64,000 nt of DNA from Octopus bimaculoides (Eukaryota), in the NCBI RefSeq assembly GCF_001194135.2, contig NC_068996.1, positions 53,053,377 to 53,117,376 on the forward strand, given 5' to 3'. Within the stretch, counting starts at the first letter, position 1. The number at the start of each line of letters is the position of its first letter. A program made the position numbers and the translations under genes. Shown one piece after another: positions 24,977-36,952 of this stretch. Under the pieces are notes generated by a model. It saw only the letters and a list, made by a program, of their open reading frames with translations, was not told the DNA's origin and searched no databases.

Positions 24977-25320
24977 AAACTTCTCCCACCCACTTGGAAA
25001 ATTTTTTCCCCATAAACTTCATTATAATTGTAATATATGCCGTTTAAAAAGTATTTGTATAAACTTTCATTAAAAGATATCCATTTTCCAGAAAGTTATG
25101 AGGGAAAAAATCGGATTGAGTGAATTTTCCCAAAATCTTCTCCCCACCCCTTCAGGAAAAGTTTTCCCCTCAAATTTCTTTGTAATCGTAATCTATACCA
25201 TTTGAAGGTTATTTATATAAAATTTCATTAAAAGTTATCCATTTTCCTGAAAGTTATGATGGAAAAAATCGGATCGTGTGAATTTTCCGAAAGTTCTCTC
25301 CCCTCACCCCCACTCCCGGC
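24977..25320. repeat. ~157-bp tandem repeat, about 2.2 copies
   Basis: Units start at about 24977, 25132 and 25290; shared TTCATTAAAAG.TATCCATTTTCC.GAAAGTTATGA.GGAAAAAATCGGAT. Confidence 0.7.
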
Positions 25321-26039
25321 TCGTTTGCACAAAGTTTGGTTTTCAGATTCGTTTACTACACATTTTTTACACCTATTACTTTTTTATTTATTTATTTATT
25401 TATTTATTTATTTTTTTGTGGCCGGGTGTTAAACTGAATATTAACCGATTTTCCTAAACGTACAAGGCAAACACTTCCCTCATACAGATAAGTTCAGTGC
25501 AATATTTAATAGGCACACCCTAAGTTTCCTTTAGATTTTAGTAGGTAGGGCTACATTGAGACTGCTCTTGTGGAGATAACATAACATGTCCACTGAACGG
25601 CCACTGTAATACGGAAACTGTCGTATACGAGGCAGAGGTAACAGACAGTCTCTCAACTCACACTACCGTCTTAAAACGGAAAACCATATTGGACAGTATA
25701 GATAGATTTAAAACGTATTTTAGACGAGAATGTCACATATGGAACTCCTTTTGTTATATCAGTTGATCAACATAGGCGAAGGAACAACGGAGAAATCTCT
25801 GTGATCGCTCGATCTGCTAGAAATAACAGTCAACTTCCTTTCAAATTACACCCTAGCCCTACCCTCTTAGCAAAGAATACAATGGATAACGCATGGATAG
25901 GGGGAGGGAGGGAGTAGAAAGCCAGATGGTGTACACAATATCAATAACAGTCACTTGTAAAACGTCTATGTCGATAATGACAACATCCTGATAATAATGG
26001 ATTGAAATTAATGGCCCAAGACTAGGGAGCTGGTCGACA

Positions 26040-26200
26040 GATTGCATCGACCCCAGTACTTGACTAATACTTTACTTTATCGACCCAGAAAGGATGAAAA
26101 GCAAAAATCGACCACGACTAGATCTGAACTCAGAACGTAAACAATCGGAAGAAATGCTGTCGAGTATTTTGTCTAAAGATTCTGGCAGCTAGCCGCCTTC
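26040..26200 (-). mobile_element. Family-B SINE
   Basis: GACCCCAGTACT...GAAAGGATGAAA...GAACTCAGAACGTAA module. Confidence 0.65.
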
Positions 26201-27131
26201 AACATCCTAATTAATAAAAGAATATCTCATTAATTAAAAATTTGGGGATTTAGATGAAAACAAAAGTTTGAAGCTTTATATATTTTTTCTATCGCAACTT
26301 TCTTCCAAGCTCCTTCCTTACCAAACGAAACTTAAATTCTGTTATTTGTTTCTCTATGAGGTAGAATGTTGCGATAGTAATGTTACGAGTTAATTTAAAT
26401 ATAACTGATGCGTACACATCTCCGTCTATCAGTTTTCAATTTATAATCGAGTTACATAACAACTCTACTTCAAATTTAATTAATTCCAGTAAGATAGTTT
26501 TTCCTTTTCAATTTTGTTTGCTCAGACTTATATTTGTACACAAACATCGTTAAATTAGTTTTTCTTTCAAAACTTCTAACAAGTCTAAGCTCGATTTATC
26601 GATGTTCCAATTCTTACTTTCCCTATCCAGTCCAAAAGTATACTTTTAGAAACAAATTAAAGGCTATTAAATAATTAGTTTTGGTCTAAATAATTTGTTG
26701 TTGTTTAGCCTCATATATATATATATACATATATNNNNNNNNNNNNNNNNNNNNNNNNNNNNNNNNNNNNNNNNNNNNNNNNNNNNNNNNNNNNNNNNNN
26801 NNNNNNNNNNNNNNNNNNNNNNNNNATATATATATATATATACCTTGATCAAGCAGTTCCAGACGTGACCCTCCAATCCTATTTTCAGAGAATATATCTA
26901 AGACAATATCTAACCATCCTTTTTAAATGGTAAGATGTGATTAGGGGGAGAATTTGGTTGCTATTTCTAGCAGTCCGAACGCTCACGAAAACACTTCCTC
27001 GTTGACTCGCCTAAACAATTTCTCTTGAAATCGGGTCAAAGCCAATTGAGTCATCGCTATAATTACGTCGAGCGATTTTTATATAAATGAATAAGAAAAA
27101 AAAAAAAGAACAATCGGAAATTATTACTAAC

Positions 27132-27234
27132 CATGCAAACTGGTTTTCTCTTTTTTCACGTTAGATTTCTTCTTAAACAGAGGTTTTCTCTGCTTAAAAT
27201 CGTCGGTAATTCGTTTCTGTTTTCGATTGACCAT
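27132..27234 (-). CDS. POLD4: POLD4 exon 1 (N-terminal PIP box/degron QKRITDDF)
   Basis: ATG at 27234; donor G|GTTAGT at 27131; 103 nt, phase 1; RKQKRITDDF matches human RKRLITDSY. Confidence 0.88.
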
Positions 27235-27426
27235 TTCGAAGTATTTGCATTAAACGAAATTGTTGTTCCTCAAGAACGACAACTGCAGCGAACTTGACAA
27301 TGTGGCAAGCAACGGGGTTGTCTGTGCACAGTCGTTTGACCTGCTGAACGTAGCAGTCAAATTCTCGCAAACCATACAATTATCTTTAAAATTAAAGCGT
27401 ATATCAGGTTCTTATTTTGTTTTTGG

Positions 27427-27433
27427 CCGGAAG
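27427..27433. promoter_or_regulatory. ETS/GABP-type CCGGAAG motif in the putative POLD4 promoter
   Basis: About 195 nt upstream of the POLD4 ATG in a CpG-retaining stretch; short motif only. Confidence 0.25.
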
Positions 27434-27689
27434 AAGGGACGTGGACAAACTTTCAATGCTTTACTGCGAAACAAGTAGTAGCAGTATCCCATTATCCCAT
27501 TTGTGGGTGCAGTCCCCATTGTAGATCTCTTCAGTTTGTTAAGTGGGTTGAGAAAATACTTCCATAAAATATGTCCTAATTTTGTCGTTTTTTTTTTCTG
27601 GATGATGGAGATAAGATTGATACGAGCACATACGAAGATAAAATCGCTGTTTTTTTTTGTTTTTTTTTCGACAGTAAGCAACATAGGAG

Positions 27690-28340
27690 GATGTTTTTGA
27701 AGCTCCTGTTCATGGAATCCATGCAAGTTTCGTGTTAGGTGTCTATGCAGCATGTGATTGACACTTGAAAGCAAAGGGTCAGGAAAAAACGAAGAGTTGC
27801 ATCATTTGTGCCTGTGTTGGAAGTGATAAGAAGTAGGTCAGTCATATAAAAGAGAAAAGTTTGTGGAGAACATCAGAATTGATGGCATATGGTCAGACTG
27901 ATTTTCCATTTGCACATATCACAATTGGTGCAATTTGGCAAGAAGCAATTGATCCAAGAAATAGAAGACTGATGAAGGCCATTGGTGAGCAGTTTTGAGA
28001 GGAGATTTGAATACCACAGTAAAAGAAAAAAAAATCTTACTTATATCAAACACCATTAACTGCTTCCACCAAATTCATCAAAAGAGAAGCCCTCTGGCAA
28101 GTGATATAGAAGAGTTGGTCTCCAATTGATTTGGATTTATGAAAGCCATATTAATCATTATAAAATAGGTGGCTGGAAGTGCTTTTTCCATCATTTTTGG
28201 CTAGTTAGAAGTGAGAGTAATGGGTTCATTGTTGGTGAAGTTTGATAGCTTTTCTTGGGAAGGGGATATACTTCATGTTTTCAAAGATTAAAAATAGAGG
28301 TAACTCTGGGGGACATTGTTTGAGAGTAATGAAGGAGATG
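27690..28340 (-). mobile_element. CR1/L2-like LINE RT relic
   Basis: Degenerate YGF..S.GD.L, DISK.F..VWYSNLLSKL, SWINCFL motifs. Confidence 0.55.
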
Positions 28341-29747
28341 TTATCAGGTTCAGTGACCTTAATCTTTTGATGCCAACCCACTTACAACCACTCCAACTTC
28401 TCTGATATAAACTTCCTGTTTTAAAGTTATCTGAATTAAAACCTTCCATCAAAATTTTATGTTAATTTATGTTCCAAACACCAGCTCAACTATAAAAAAA
28501 AGTTGTTTTTTTTATACTAAATTTTCATATCTTCAAAATTAATTGAAGCTAAGGCTGTGTATTTCAATGGAAATATGGTAATGAAAGAGTTAATGAAAAT
28601 GCCTTATATTTAAAAAAATTTCAGCTGTTATGATTATTTATATTTTACAGCGATAATTCATAACAAGAGCATTGGGTGTAAGCATAGCTTTTGACTCTGT
28701 TAGTCATTTGTTAAAAAGCATAGCATACCTGACTATGAATTTATCTTTATATGATATGGGGTAAGGTACAACTGTTAGATTATAACTGTTAAACATTTAC
28801 ATAGTTGATTCAAGAGCTAACAATTTAATGATGTGAATCTCATTAAAAATGTCTTCAATCAGTTAAAATTACACTGTAGTGAAGAGAAAAGTTTTAATCA
28901 GGGATGCATGCCCTTTCTTCTCCAAAGAGCTAAACCATGAATTCAATCACTGAAAGCAAGCCACAATGTATATCATGTATTTGACCCATTCCACCATTGG
29001 AAGGATCAAATAACGCTGTAGAAAACATAGAAATATTTCAGTTCCGATATATACGTAATCACATACCAAAATATGCATGCAGACAATCAGTGTTACATAA
29101 GGAATAATAAATTTATACATACATCTGTTTTAAATAATGTTCAAATATAATAATATACTTTACATATGAAGAGACACGGCGAAGCAATGCAGGAACAACC
29201 TTCTTGTATGCAAGGCAGTGAGCTACTGGCAACAAGTGTCCTAAAATTCTTTAAGACATGTACTAACAAGTTCATATCTACTATTCCACAAAAAAGGAGT
29301 GTGTTTTGATGGATATGGTGTTTTACTCAATAAAGACATGAAGGAAACTATTAAAAAGAAATATAATAATAAAAGTTAATAAATGAATACTATTATGTGT
29401 GTTTTCAGTGTGTGGTTGTGTGTGGTACAAGCATTTCGCTATGTTAATTCTCGGTTATTTTTTAAAATCAGAAAGACTTTGCAAAATGGTTTCATGGGCT
29501 GCACAAAATGCCTTCGTGGGCCACAGGTCTTGCACTGCTGGTCTTAAGTGCTAATAATTCATGTCAAGAAAGACAAGGGGAACAACCTCAAAATGAATGG
29601 AGCGTGAAGAAAGTTTCATCTTTGGTAAGTGCAGTGACAACCATGGACATGTTTTGATTTTAAGAGACTTCCTCAGAAGAGTTGAGTTTTATTCATACTT
29701 CCCAGAATTTAGAATGACTGAGAGAAAAATAAGTTTATTTTTTTATT

Positions 29748-30647
29748 TTTTTACTTGTTTCAATCATTTGACTGTGGCCATGCTGGAGCACCACCTTTAG
29801 TCAAACAAATCGACTGCAGTACTTATTCTAAGTAAGCCTAGTACTTATTCTATCAGTCTCTTTCACAGGACCACTAAGTTACTGGGACGTAAACACACCA
29901 AGGGCGATTGTAGGGGGACAAACACAAACACACATACATACATATACACATACATATACATATATATATATATATATATCAGTAACATCCACCCCTAGGG
30001 GTCAGCCACACTTAAGTGGCAATATACTACACTTTATCGTGCAGTTACTGTTAATACTTCATATAGAGAATTAACATTGCTTGTTTTCACCTTTTCAATA
30101 TCAGTGAAGAATGTCACTGGAAAAGAAGATATAAGGTTTTGCCAGATTTGTCTCTCTCACCAAGGTCATCAGCTGTCGAACGCCGACGAAGGGAAATAAC
30201 CCTGAAATCCGGATACGTTCGTGCTGCTGGCCGAGGTGAGAGGGATAACTCCCTTGGCAAACAGGACNNNNNNNNNNNNNNNNNNNNNNNNNNNNNNNNN
30301 NNNNNNNNNNNNNNNNNNNNNNNNNNNNNNNNNNNNNNNNNNNNNNNNNNNNNNNNNNNNNNNNNNNNNNNNNNNNNNNNNNNNNNNNNNNNNNNNNNNN
30401 NNNNNNNNNNNNNNNNNNNNNNNNNNNNNNNNNNNNNNNNNNNNNNNNNNNNNNNNNNNNNNNNNNNNNACATATATATATATATATAATATTAGGGAAT
30501 AAAATCCAAAACTTACAGGGAAAAATTCAATTTAGCAAAACTAGTACTTTATTGATTTTTAGAATAAGGTTTTTATGATATGTTTATTTTATAGAGGGTA
30601 TGAATTACATTCTTCATTATTGAATTGTTTAATAGTGTTTTTTCTCT

Positions 30648-30686
<39 letters not shown>

Positions 30687-30832
30687 TATGGGTTTCTTTC
30701 AGTTTCCATCTACCAAATCCACTCACAAGGCTTTGGTCGGCCCAAGGCTATAGTAGAAGATACTTGCCTAAGGTGCCACACAGTAGGACTGAGCCCAAAA
30801 CCATGTGGTTGGGAAGCAAGTTTCTTACCACA
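29748..30832 (-). mobile_element. Family-A SINE split by nested insertions into its internal (TA)n tract
   Basis: 3' half at 29748-29978 and 5' half at 30680-30832 are collinear with 11550-11966; the hammerhead element, a gap and an AT-rich segment lie between them. Confidence 0.75.
30177..30221 (+). ncRNA. Minimal type-I hammerhead ribozyme (core variant CCGACGA) inside a ~125-nt rod
   Basis: Stem I CGAACG(30177-82)/CGTTCG(30216-21); core CCGACGA; stem II AGGG-aaataa-CCCT; GAAA; palindromic stem III ATCCGGAT; cleavage triplet AUA (30215). Stem I extends outward: TCTCACC/GGTGAGA and TTTGCCA/TGGCAAA. Confidence 0.75.
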
Positions 30833-30924
30833 GTTTATGAAAAAATATTCAGAATTTTAAATAATGGCATGGGATTTGTCTCTCACGCAATTATTGACAA
30901 TACTAATAATTTAACAATTCATTA

Positions 30925-31230
30925 TAAATGTCATCATCATCATCATCATTTAATGTCTGTTGTCCATGCCAGCATGGGCTGGACGGTTTGACCAGAGCTG
31001 ACAAACCAGAGAGCTGCACTTGGTTCCAGTCTGATTTAGCTTGGTTTCTGCAGTTGGATGCTCTTCCTGACACCAACCATTTTACAGAGTGTACTGGGTA
31101 CTTTTATGTGGCACCACACAGACACTTTTACATGGCACCGCACAGACATTTTTACTTGGTGCTGCATGGACACTTTTACATGCCACCATCAGGAGTGTGT
31201 TTTACGTGGCACCAGCCCAGGACTCTTACA
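30925..31230 (-). mobile_element. RTE LINE 3' UTR/tail copy
   Basis: (CAT)n followed by the reverse complement of the RTE tail and GGCAC modules. Confidence 0.75.
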
Positions 31231-31858
31231 GATCACACCTCAGCACCGGTGGGGGAGGGGGCAGTCTTAACGCTTCTAAATGTAATTTTAATTTATTGAA
31301 AATGTTTTTGGTTTACTACATAAAGTATTTTAGTACACACTTAATCATATGTCCTTCATGCAGAAGGCATCTCTAGGAAACTTTCCCATGGCACAGACAC
31401 ACATATATAACTTTACTGGACACAACACATAGTCTTTGGAAAAATTGAGTAATTGGTAACATAGATACCTGGAATTTGATAGATATGAGATTCAAGTCTG
31501 ATTCCCTGCCAAAAGCAATTCTACCAATTGCTTATGGAGACATTATTATTTATCATCTGTGATTACCTCCAGAAGCAACGCTCCACAATTGAGTGCAACG
31601 ACATTTAATGAAAAAAATGGCATTGGAGGAGCAATGCATACCCTGTGTGCAGTTAAATTTTTTTTGCAAACTATAGTGTGGCTTACAATTCGTTGCTTAC
31701 CCATATTTTTTAATTGAACTGAATTTTTATTTTTGTTTTTTAAGTATCACCATTTTTTATAGGTATTTATTTATTTATCTGTTTATTTATAGGTATTTAT
31801 ACTCTGGTGAAATTAAGAAATCAACTCATAAATAAACAAAACCCTTAAATCCACCACT

Positions 31859-31923
<65 letters not shown>

Positions 31924-32246
31924 CACATATCTATGCATTTATTGTTGTATGTATGTATCCACACCTATCTATGTGCATAGGTACACTATGGTCTATATAT
32001 ATGCAGATGAGGATCAATTCATATGAAAAAAGTGAACAAAATGAAATACTTATAGAAAATATTGCATAGAACCCATCACTGTACACACATACGCATGCAC
32101 ACACACACACACACATGCAAACACACACACACACATACAGTCACAGATCTATGTATGTATTTTGTATGTTTAAAGATAGTCAAACCAAATGCATTATTTA
32201 CATTATTTACATTTGATGGATATTTGTCCTCATCTCATTTGTTGTT

Positions 32247-32292
32247 AACACAACGTTTCAGCTGATATACCCTCCAGCCTTCATCAGGTGTC
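32247..32292 (-). ncRNA. Minimal type-I hammerhead ribozyme, inverted copy of the tRNA-headed SINE tail
   Basis: Minus strand reads GACAC-CTGATGA-A-GGCTG-gagggtatat-CAGCT-GAAAC-GT-T-GTGTT: stem I GACAC/GTGTT, palindromic ACGT stem III, GUU site. Confidence 0.7.
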
Positions 32293-32492
32293 TTGGGGAA
32301 ATTTCGAACCTGGGTTCTCATTCCTAAAGTATTTTTCGATGTTATTATTATGCCCATAGGCATATGGTTTAGTACTTAAGAGTGCGGGCTACTAACCCCA
32401 AGATTCCGAGTTCAATTCCAGGCAGTGACCTGAATAATAATAACATCAAAAAATACCTTAGGAATGAGAACCCAGATTCGAAATTTCCCCAA

Positions 32493-32538
32493 GACACCTG
32501 AAGAAGGCTGGAGGATGTATCAGCCGAAATGTTGTGTT
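32493..32538 (+). ncRNA. Minimal type-I hammerhead ribozyme in the tRNA-headed SINE
   Basis: GACAC-CTGAAGA-A-GGCTG-gaggatgtat-CAGCC-GAAAT-GT-T-GTGTT; fits CUGANGA...GAAA with a 5-bp stem II and a 5-bp stem I. Confidence 0.65.
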
Positions 32539-33794
32539 AACAAACAAGGTGAGGACAAATATCAGTCAAATGTAAATAATGTAAATAATTCCTCATCTTT
32601 TAAATATAGAACTGTATAATCAAACCAAATGTTTATCATTTCAAGCCACTCACCCAATGAGTATTTCTGCCAAATTTGGTGAAAATCCATTTGACCATTT
32701 TCCAGTAATTTTGCTAACACACAGACAAACAGACAAAGACAAGTGATTACAATATCCTGTTTTTGCTTCTGCACACAGAGTAATAAAGCATGTTTTGCAA
32801 TTTACTCCATACTTTTGACACAAGGCAAAACTTCTCTTTTTCACTTCACCAAACTTACACATGCACACACGCACGCATATGCACACACACACACACACAC
32901 TGTGAAATCACCTCCAGTCATTCCAAACCAGCACACCAACCAAACCCTTGATGGTGCCCTCTTCACTATCCACTGACAATATGTCCCACAGTCAGAGTTA
33001 GCATGTCTTCTCCACCATCCCCTTTCTCTCTCTCCCTTTTCTTCCCCCCACTCTCTCTCTCCCCCTTTCTCTCTTTGTTTCTCTCCTCCAGGGATCCACT
33101 TTAATATACAGTTTGTCCCATTCCCAAGTAGAGTAAATCCTTTGACCTTACCAACTACCAACTTATTACTTTCAATTCCAACATTTCAACGATGAGGGTC
33201 ACTTTTATCAGAACCATGCTATCAGAGACCTGTTCTTCTATGTCACAAGTAGATCCTTGTTTTTGAGAAATTTAGTAAAAATATGCTCTTAAGCATGACA
33301 TCAGCAAACAATTCAATTATATTGTGACACAATATTTCAACACGTAATAGGCGTTGTCTCAGTTCAAAAGTGTGACTGATTTTTGAAAGACAGCAGCTGA
33401 TATTGATTCATAATATCATTAGAAATGCTGTTGTCAATATATATATAAAATTTTAAAATGTTCCCATACGTTGAGAATAATACAGTCTATACTGATGGTT
33501 AGATTTAGGCATACTTTACAGAGGGTGTTGGTGTGGTATGTCTAGTATGTTTTAAACTAAACAGGTATCCATAGGATGACAACTTCAGAGAAACATTTGA
33601 CAATATGCAACAGTGCTAGCTCCATAGGTTAGATAACCAGTCATCAGTGAATTGTAAGTAGAAGCTGTGTTTTCCATTGGACTTTGAGACAGTAAATGGT
33701 CCAGTGAGAACAGGCAGCAAACTCTGACGGAGTTTCAACCCAGAATGAAGGGAAATATTTCAAAATAGTCTAAGTTATCCATCTGACTTAAACT

Positions 33795-34265
33795 ATCATC
33801 AGCATCATCCTTTAATGTCTGTTGTCCATGCTGGCATGAGTTGAACGGTTTGACCAGAACTGGCAAGCAAGAAGGCTGCACCAGACTTCAGTCTGTTTTG
33901 GTATGGTTTCTACAGTTGGATGCTGTTCCTAAAGCCAACCACTCCGAGAGTGTAATGAGTGCCTTTATGTGCCACCAGCATGGGTGCCATTTGTGTGACA
34001 CTAGCATTTGCCACTTTGCTTGATGGGAGGAGAAGAGTCTGCCAAATGTTGACCCAATTGAGGGACCAGCTATTTGAATTCAGTGTACTTTGGTAGATAA
34101 AGTAATTAAGGATATGAAGACATATAAAAAGCTCTTGGCCCATCAGAAATCACTGCTGCGATGCTTAAAATATCTGGTGGTGTGGGTTTGGGCCTTGTCA
34201 CCCGCATCGTAAATCAGGTAGTTAACAAAGGAGTCATACCCAATGAGCAGCACCATAGTCAACTG
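33795..34265. mobile_element. RTE tail copy (-, about 33795-34000) next to an RTE RT N-terminal fragment (+, about 34050-34265)
   Basis: DKVIKDMKT.KALGPSEITAAMLKISGGVG.GLVTRIVNQVV...IPN motif. Confidence 0.6.
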
Positions 34266-34349
34266 TAACAACCTGAAACCCATCAGTGACTTTTGGGACA
34301 CCCTGTATTTGCAAAACTGATGATTACGTAAAATATTTGTTTCGAATTT

Positions 34350-34520
34350 TGAAACAAGGCCAGCAAATTTGGGGGGAAGGTTTAATCAAATACTTCGACC
34401 TCAGTAAAGATGGAAAATAAAGTCAACCCCAGAAGAATTTGGACCCAGAACATAACGGTGGATGAAATGCTGCTAAGCACTTTGCCTACTCTGTTAATGA
34501 TTCTGCTAACCCACTGCCTT
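34350..34520 (-). mobile_element. Family-B SINE
   Basis: Homology to the 18300 and 37715 copies. Confidence 0.6.
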
Positions 34521-34925
34521 TGATTATGTAAAATATTACTTTTGATATGCATTTCTGACCAGCTTTTAAATACAAGAGTGAGTGGGGTGGGGGTGGAGGG
34601 AGAGAGACAAAGGTTCATATGTTATATTCATATTCTTAATCTATAGTTAATCCTAGATTAGTTGGCACATATTTATAATACAGAGATATTAGTACTGAAA
34701 AGGTCAACTGTTCTGCTTAAATATGAAGTAAAATCTTTTCAGTTCTATTTTGTATTTTCCCCATCTCACTGCTGGTGTTGGAGGTGGGATGGGGTGTGGA
34801 GATAGCTGTTGTGCTTTTATGTTTTCAAATAGCTACTATTTTCTTAATGCAACAACTACAACAAACAACATCTTTCAATCAGACAAAGACTTCCATGTTT
34901 TTTTATATCAACCAAAATTTATAAC

Positions 34926-34985
<60 letters not shown>

Positions 34986-35739
34986 AATGTCTGGTTGTTC
35001 CTGAAACTACCATGTATGGATGTAGCTTTATATACCGTTAAGGAAATATGAACAAATCATACTCTTTTACTTGCTTCAGTCATTTGACTGCGGCCATGCT
35101 GGAGCACCGCCTTTAGTTGAGCAAATTGACCCCAGGACTTATTCTTTGGAAGCCTAGTACTTATTCTATCGGTCTCTTTTGCCAAATTCTTTATCTAAAG
35201 TCACTACAATTGCTTTGACACATTTTTTCATCTTCAGTACATTGGTGAGATGTTGTGCAATTATCATCTTACATCCGAGGTGTAAAATAGTCACCCTCGT
35301 CAGGTGATTGTTTAAATAAGTTCTTTGCAAGATCCTTTTGCCATAAATAATGTTGTTCATTCCAATTTCTGTCATTAATCTATTTATATAAACCATAGGG
35401 ATACTATAGAATTCCTGATGTATATCGAATTCCTGATGTATATCTAGTAGCAAGAGAATTTCTACTGTGTGATGACATCAGGTAGCCAATTACTGGGGAT
35501 GAGCTTTGTATAGCATACTAAAATGTTTTTACCTGAGTTTTACTTAACTATAACATTATACAGATATCAACAAATGACACAAGACTGATACATGTTCTTT
35601 CATTGTACACACACACACGTGCTCAGGTGCACAACTCACCAAAGGTGTTATGTACAGTAGATAGAATTATGTAGAAAAGTCAGGAAAGGGAACAGTGTAT
35701 GAGTCATGATATACAGGTGTGCATGCGTATGGAGGGGGA

Positions 35740-35940
35740 AGGGGATGTCAGGTGTAGTGTTGGTGAATTTCAGGAAGCATGGAGGTTTTAAAGGATGCAA
35801 TGTCTTGGCAACTAACAACTGATGCAGGTAGTTTGTTCCATGTTTCAGTAACTCTGAGTGTGAAAAAAATGTTTCCGAAAGTCTTGGGAGCTGTGTTCTT
35901 TTCTGACTTTAAAATGTCTTTCTTGGAGACCAGCAAGGGA
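35740..35940 (-). mobile_element. CR1 LINE 3' end
   Basis: FFTLRVTETWNKLPASVVSCQDIASFK is the CR1 C-terminal signature. Confidence 0.75.
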
Positions 35941-36079
35941 ATACTTGAAAGTTCTTCAAATTTTTCATATTACTTCTTGAATAGAAGTGGCTTCCTTCTT
36001 GCTGCTCTGCCATAATAGCCAAGTTTGTGGAGATTCCTGACAGCTGTTCTGTGACTGTTGCTTAAATAAATAATAAAAT

Positions 36080-36262
36080 AGGCGCAGGAGTGGCTGTGTG
36101 GTAAGTAGCTTGCTTACCAACCACATGGTTCCGGGTTCATTCCCACTGCGTGGCACCTTGGGCAAGTGTTTTCTACTATAACCTCGGGCCGACCAAAGCC
36201 TTGTGAGTGGATATAGAAGACGGAAACTGAAAGAAGCCTATTGTATATATGTATATATATAT
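36080..36262 (+). mobile_element. Family-A SINE 5' half (runs into a gap)
   Basis: GGCGCAGGAGTGGCTGTGTGGTAAG...GGGTTCATTCCC tRNA-like head. Confidence 0.8.
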
Positions 36263-36759
36263 ANNNNNNNNNNNNNNNNNNNNNNNNNNNNNNNNNNNNN
36301 NNNNNNNNNNNNNNNNNNNNNNNNNNNNNNNNNNNNNNNNNNNNNNNNNNNNNNNNNNNNNNNNNNNNNNNNNNNNNNNNNNNNNNNNNNNNNNNNNNNN
36401 NNNNNNNNNNNNNNNNNNNNNNNNNNNNNNNNNNNNNNNNNNNNNNNNNNNNNNNNNNNNNNNNNNNNNNNNNNNNNNNNNNNNNNNNNNNNNNNNNNNN
36501 NNNNNNNNNNNNNNNNNNNNNNNNNNNNNNNNNNNNNNNNNNNNNNNNNNNNNNNNNNNNNNNNNNNNNNNNNNNNNNNNNNNNNNNNNNNNNNNNNNNN
36601 NNNNNNNNNNNNNNNNNNNNNNNNNNNNNNNNNNNNNNNNNNNNNNNAAAATAGACAAAATAATTTAATCATTCAAACATACACACACAACCAACAACAT
36701 AACCATAGCTGAGGAAAAAAAAAAACATAATCAAAGATGAACAAAATATTGCTTTTAAA

Positions 36760-36952
36760 TTTTGGTACAAGGCTACCAGTTTTGAGGGGGGGGGGAGTTG
36801 ATTACATTGACCTCAGTATTTCACTGGTACTTATTTTATCAACCCAAAAAGGATGAAAGACAAAGTTGGTTTCAGCAGGATTTGGATTCAGACAAAATGC
36901 TGCTATGCATCTAGCCTGTTGTGCTAACAATTTTGGCAGCTTGCCACCTTAC
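36760..36952 (-). mobile_element. Family-B SINE
   Basis: Homology to other family-B copies. Confidence 0.6.

Larger units (their letters stand above)
17505..27234 (-). other. POLD4: Gene span (coding part): DNA polymerase delta subunit 4 (p12), 4 exons
   Basis: Joined exons give MVNRKQKRITDDFKQRKPLFKKKSNVKKEKTSLHDVQPSSSNVDELKILTEFDVNWKYGPMCGITRLERWERASKFSLDPPQDVKNIILKHGTDTSFNTSLWDQNDLLKPMIGSSAE* (117 aa). It carries the p12 signature FD.xW.YGP..GITRL.RW.RA...L.PP..V and a C-terminal SLW. Confidence 0.93.
32192..32615. mobile_element. Head-to-head insertion of a tRNA-derived, hammerhead-bearing SINE: full copy + (about 32358-32615), headless inverted copy - (32192-32350), 16-bp TSD
   Basis: ~155-bp inverted arms; central tRNA-like head with A-box-like TGGTTTAGTAC and B-box-like GAGTTCAATTCC; flanked by ATAGTCAAACCAAATG (32176-91) and ATAATCAAACCAAATG (32616-31). 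Confidence 0.8.

Noticed and set aside
35166-35453. 96-codon minus-strand ORF with an 18-bp tandem duplication
   Set aside because: No recognisable domain, it ends inside a SINE, and splice support is weak.
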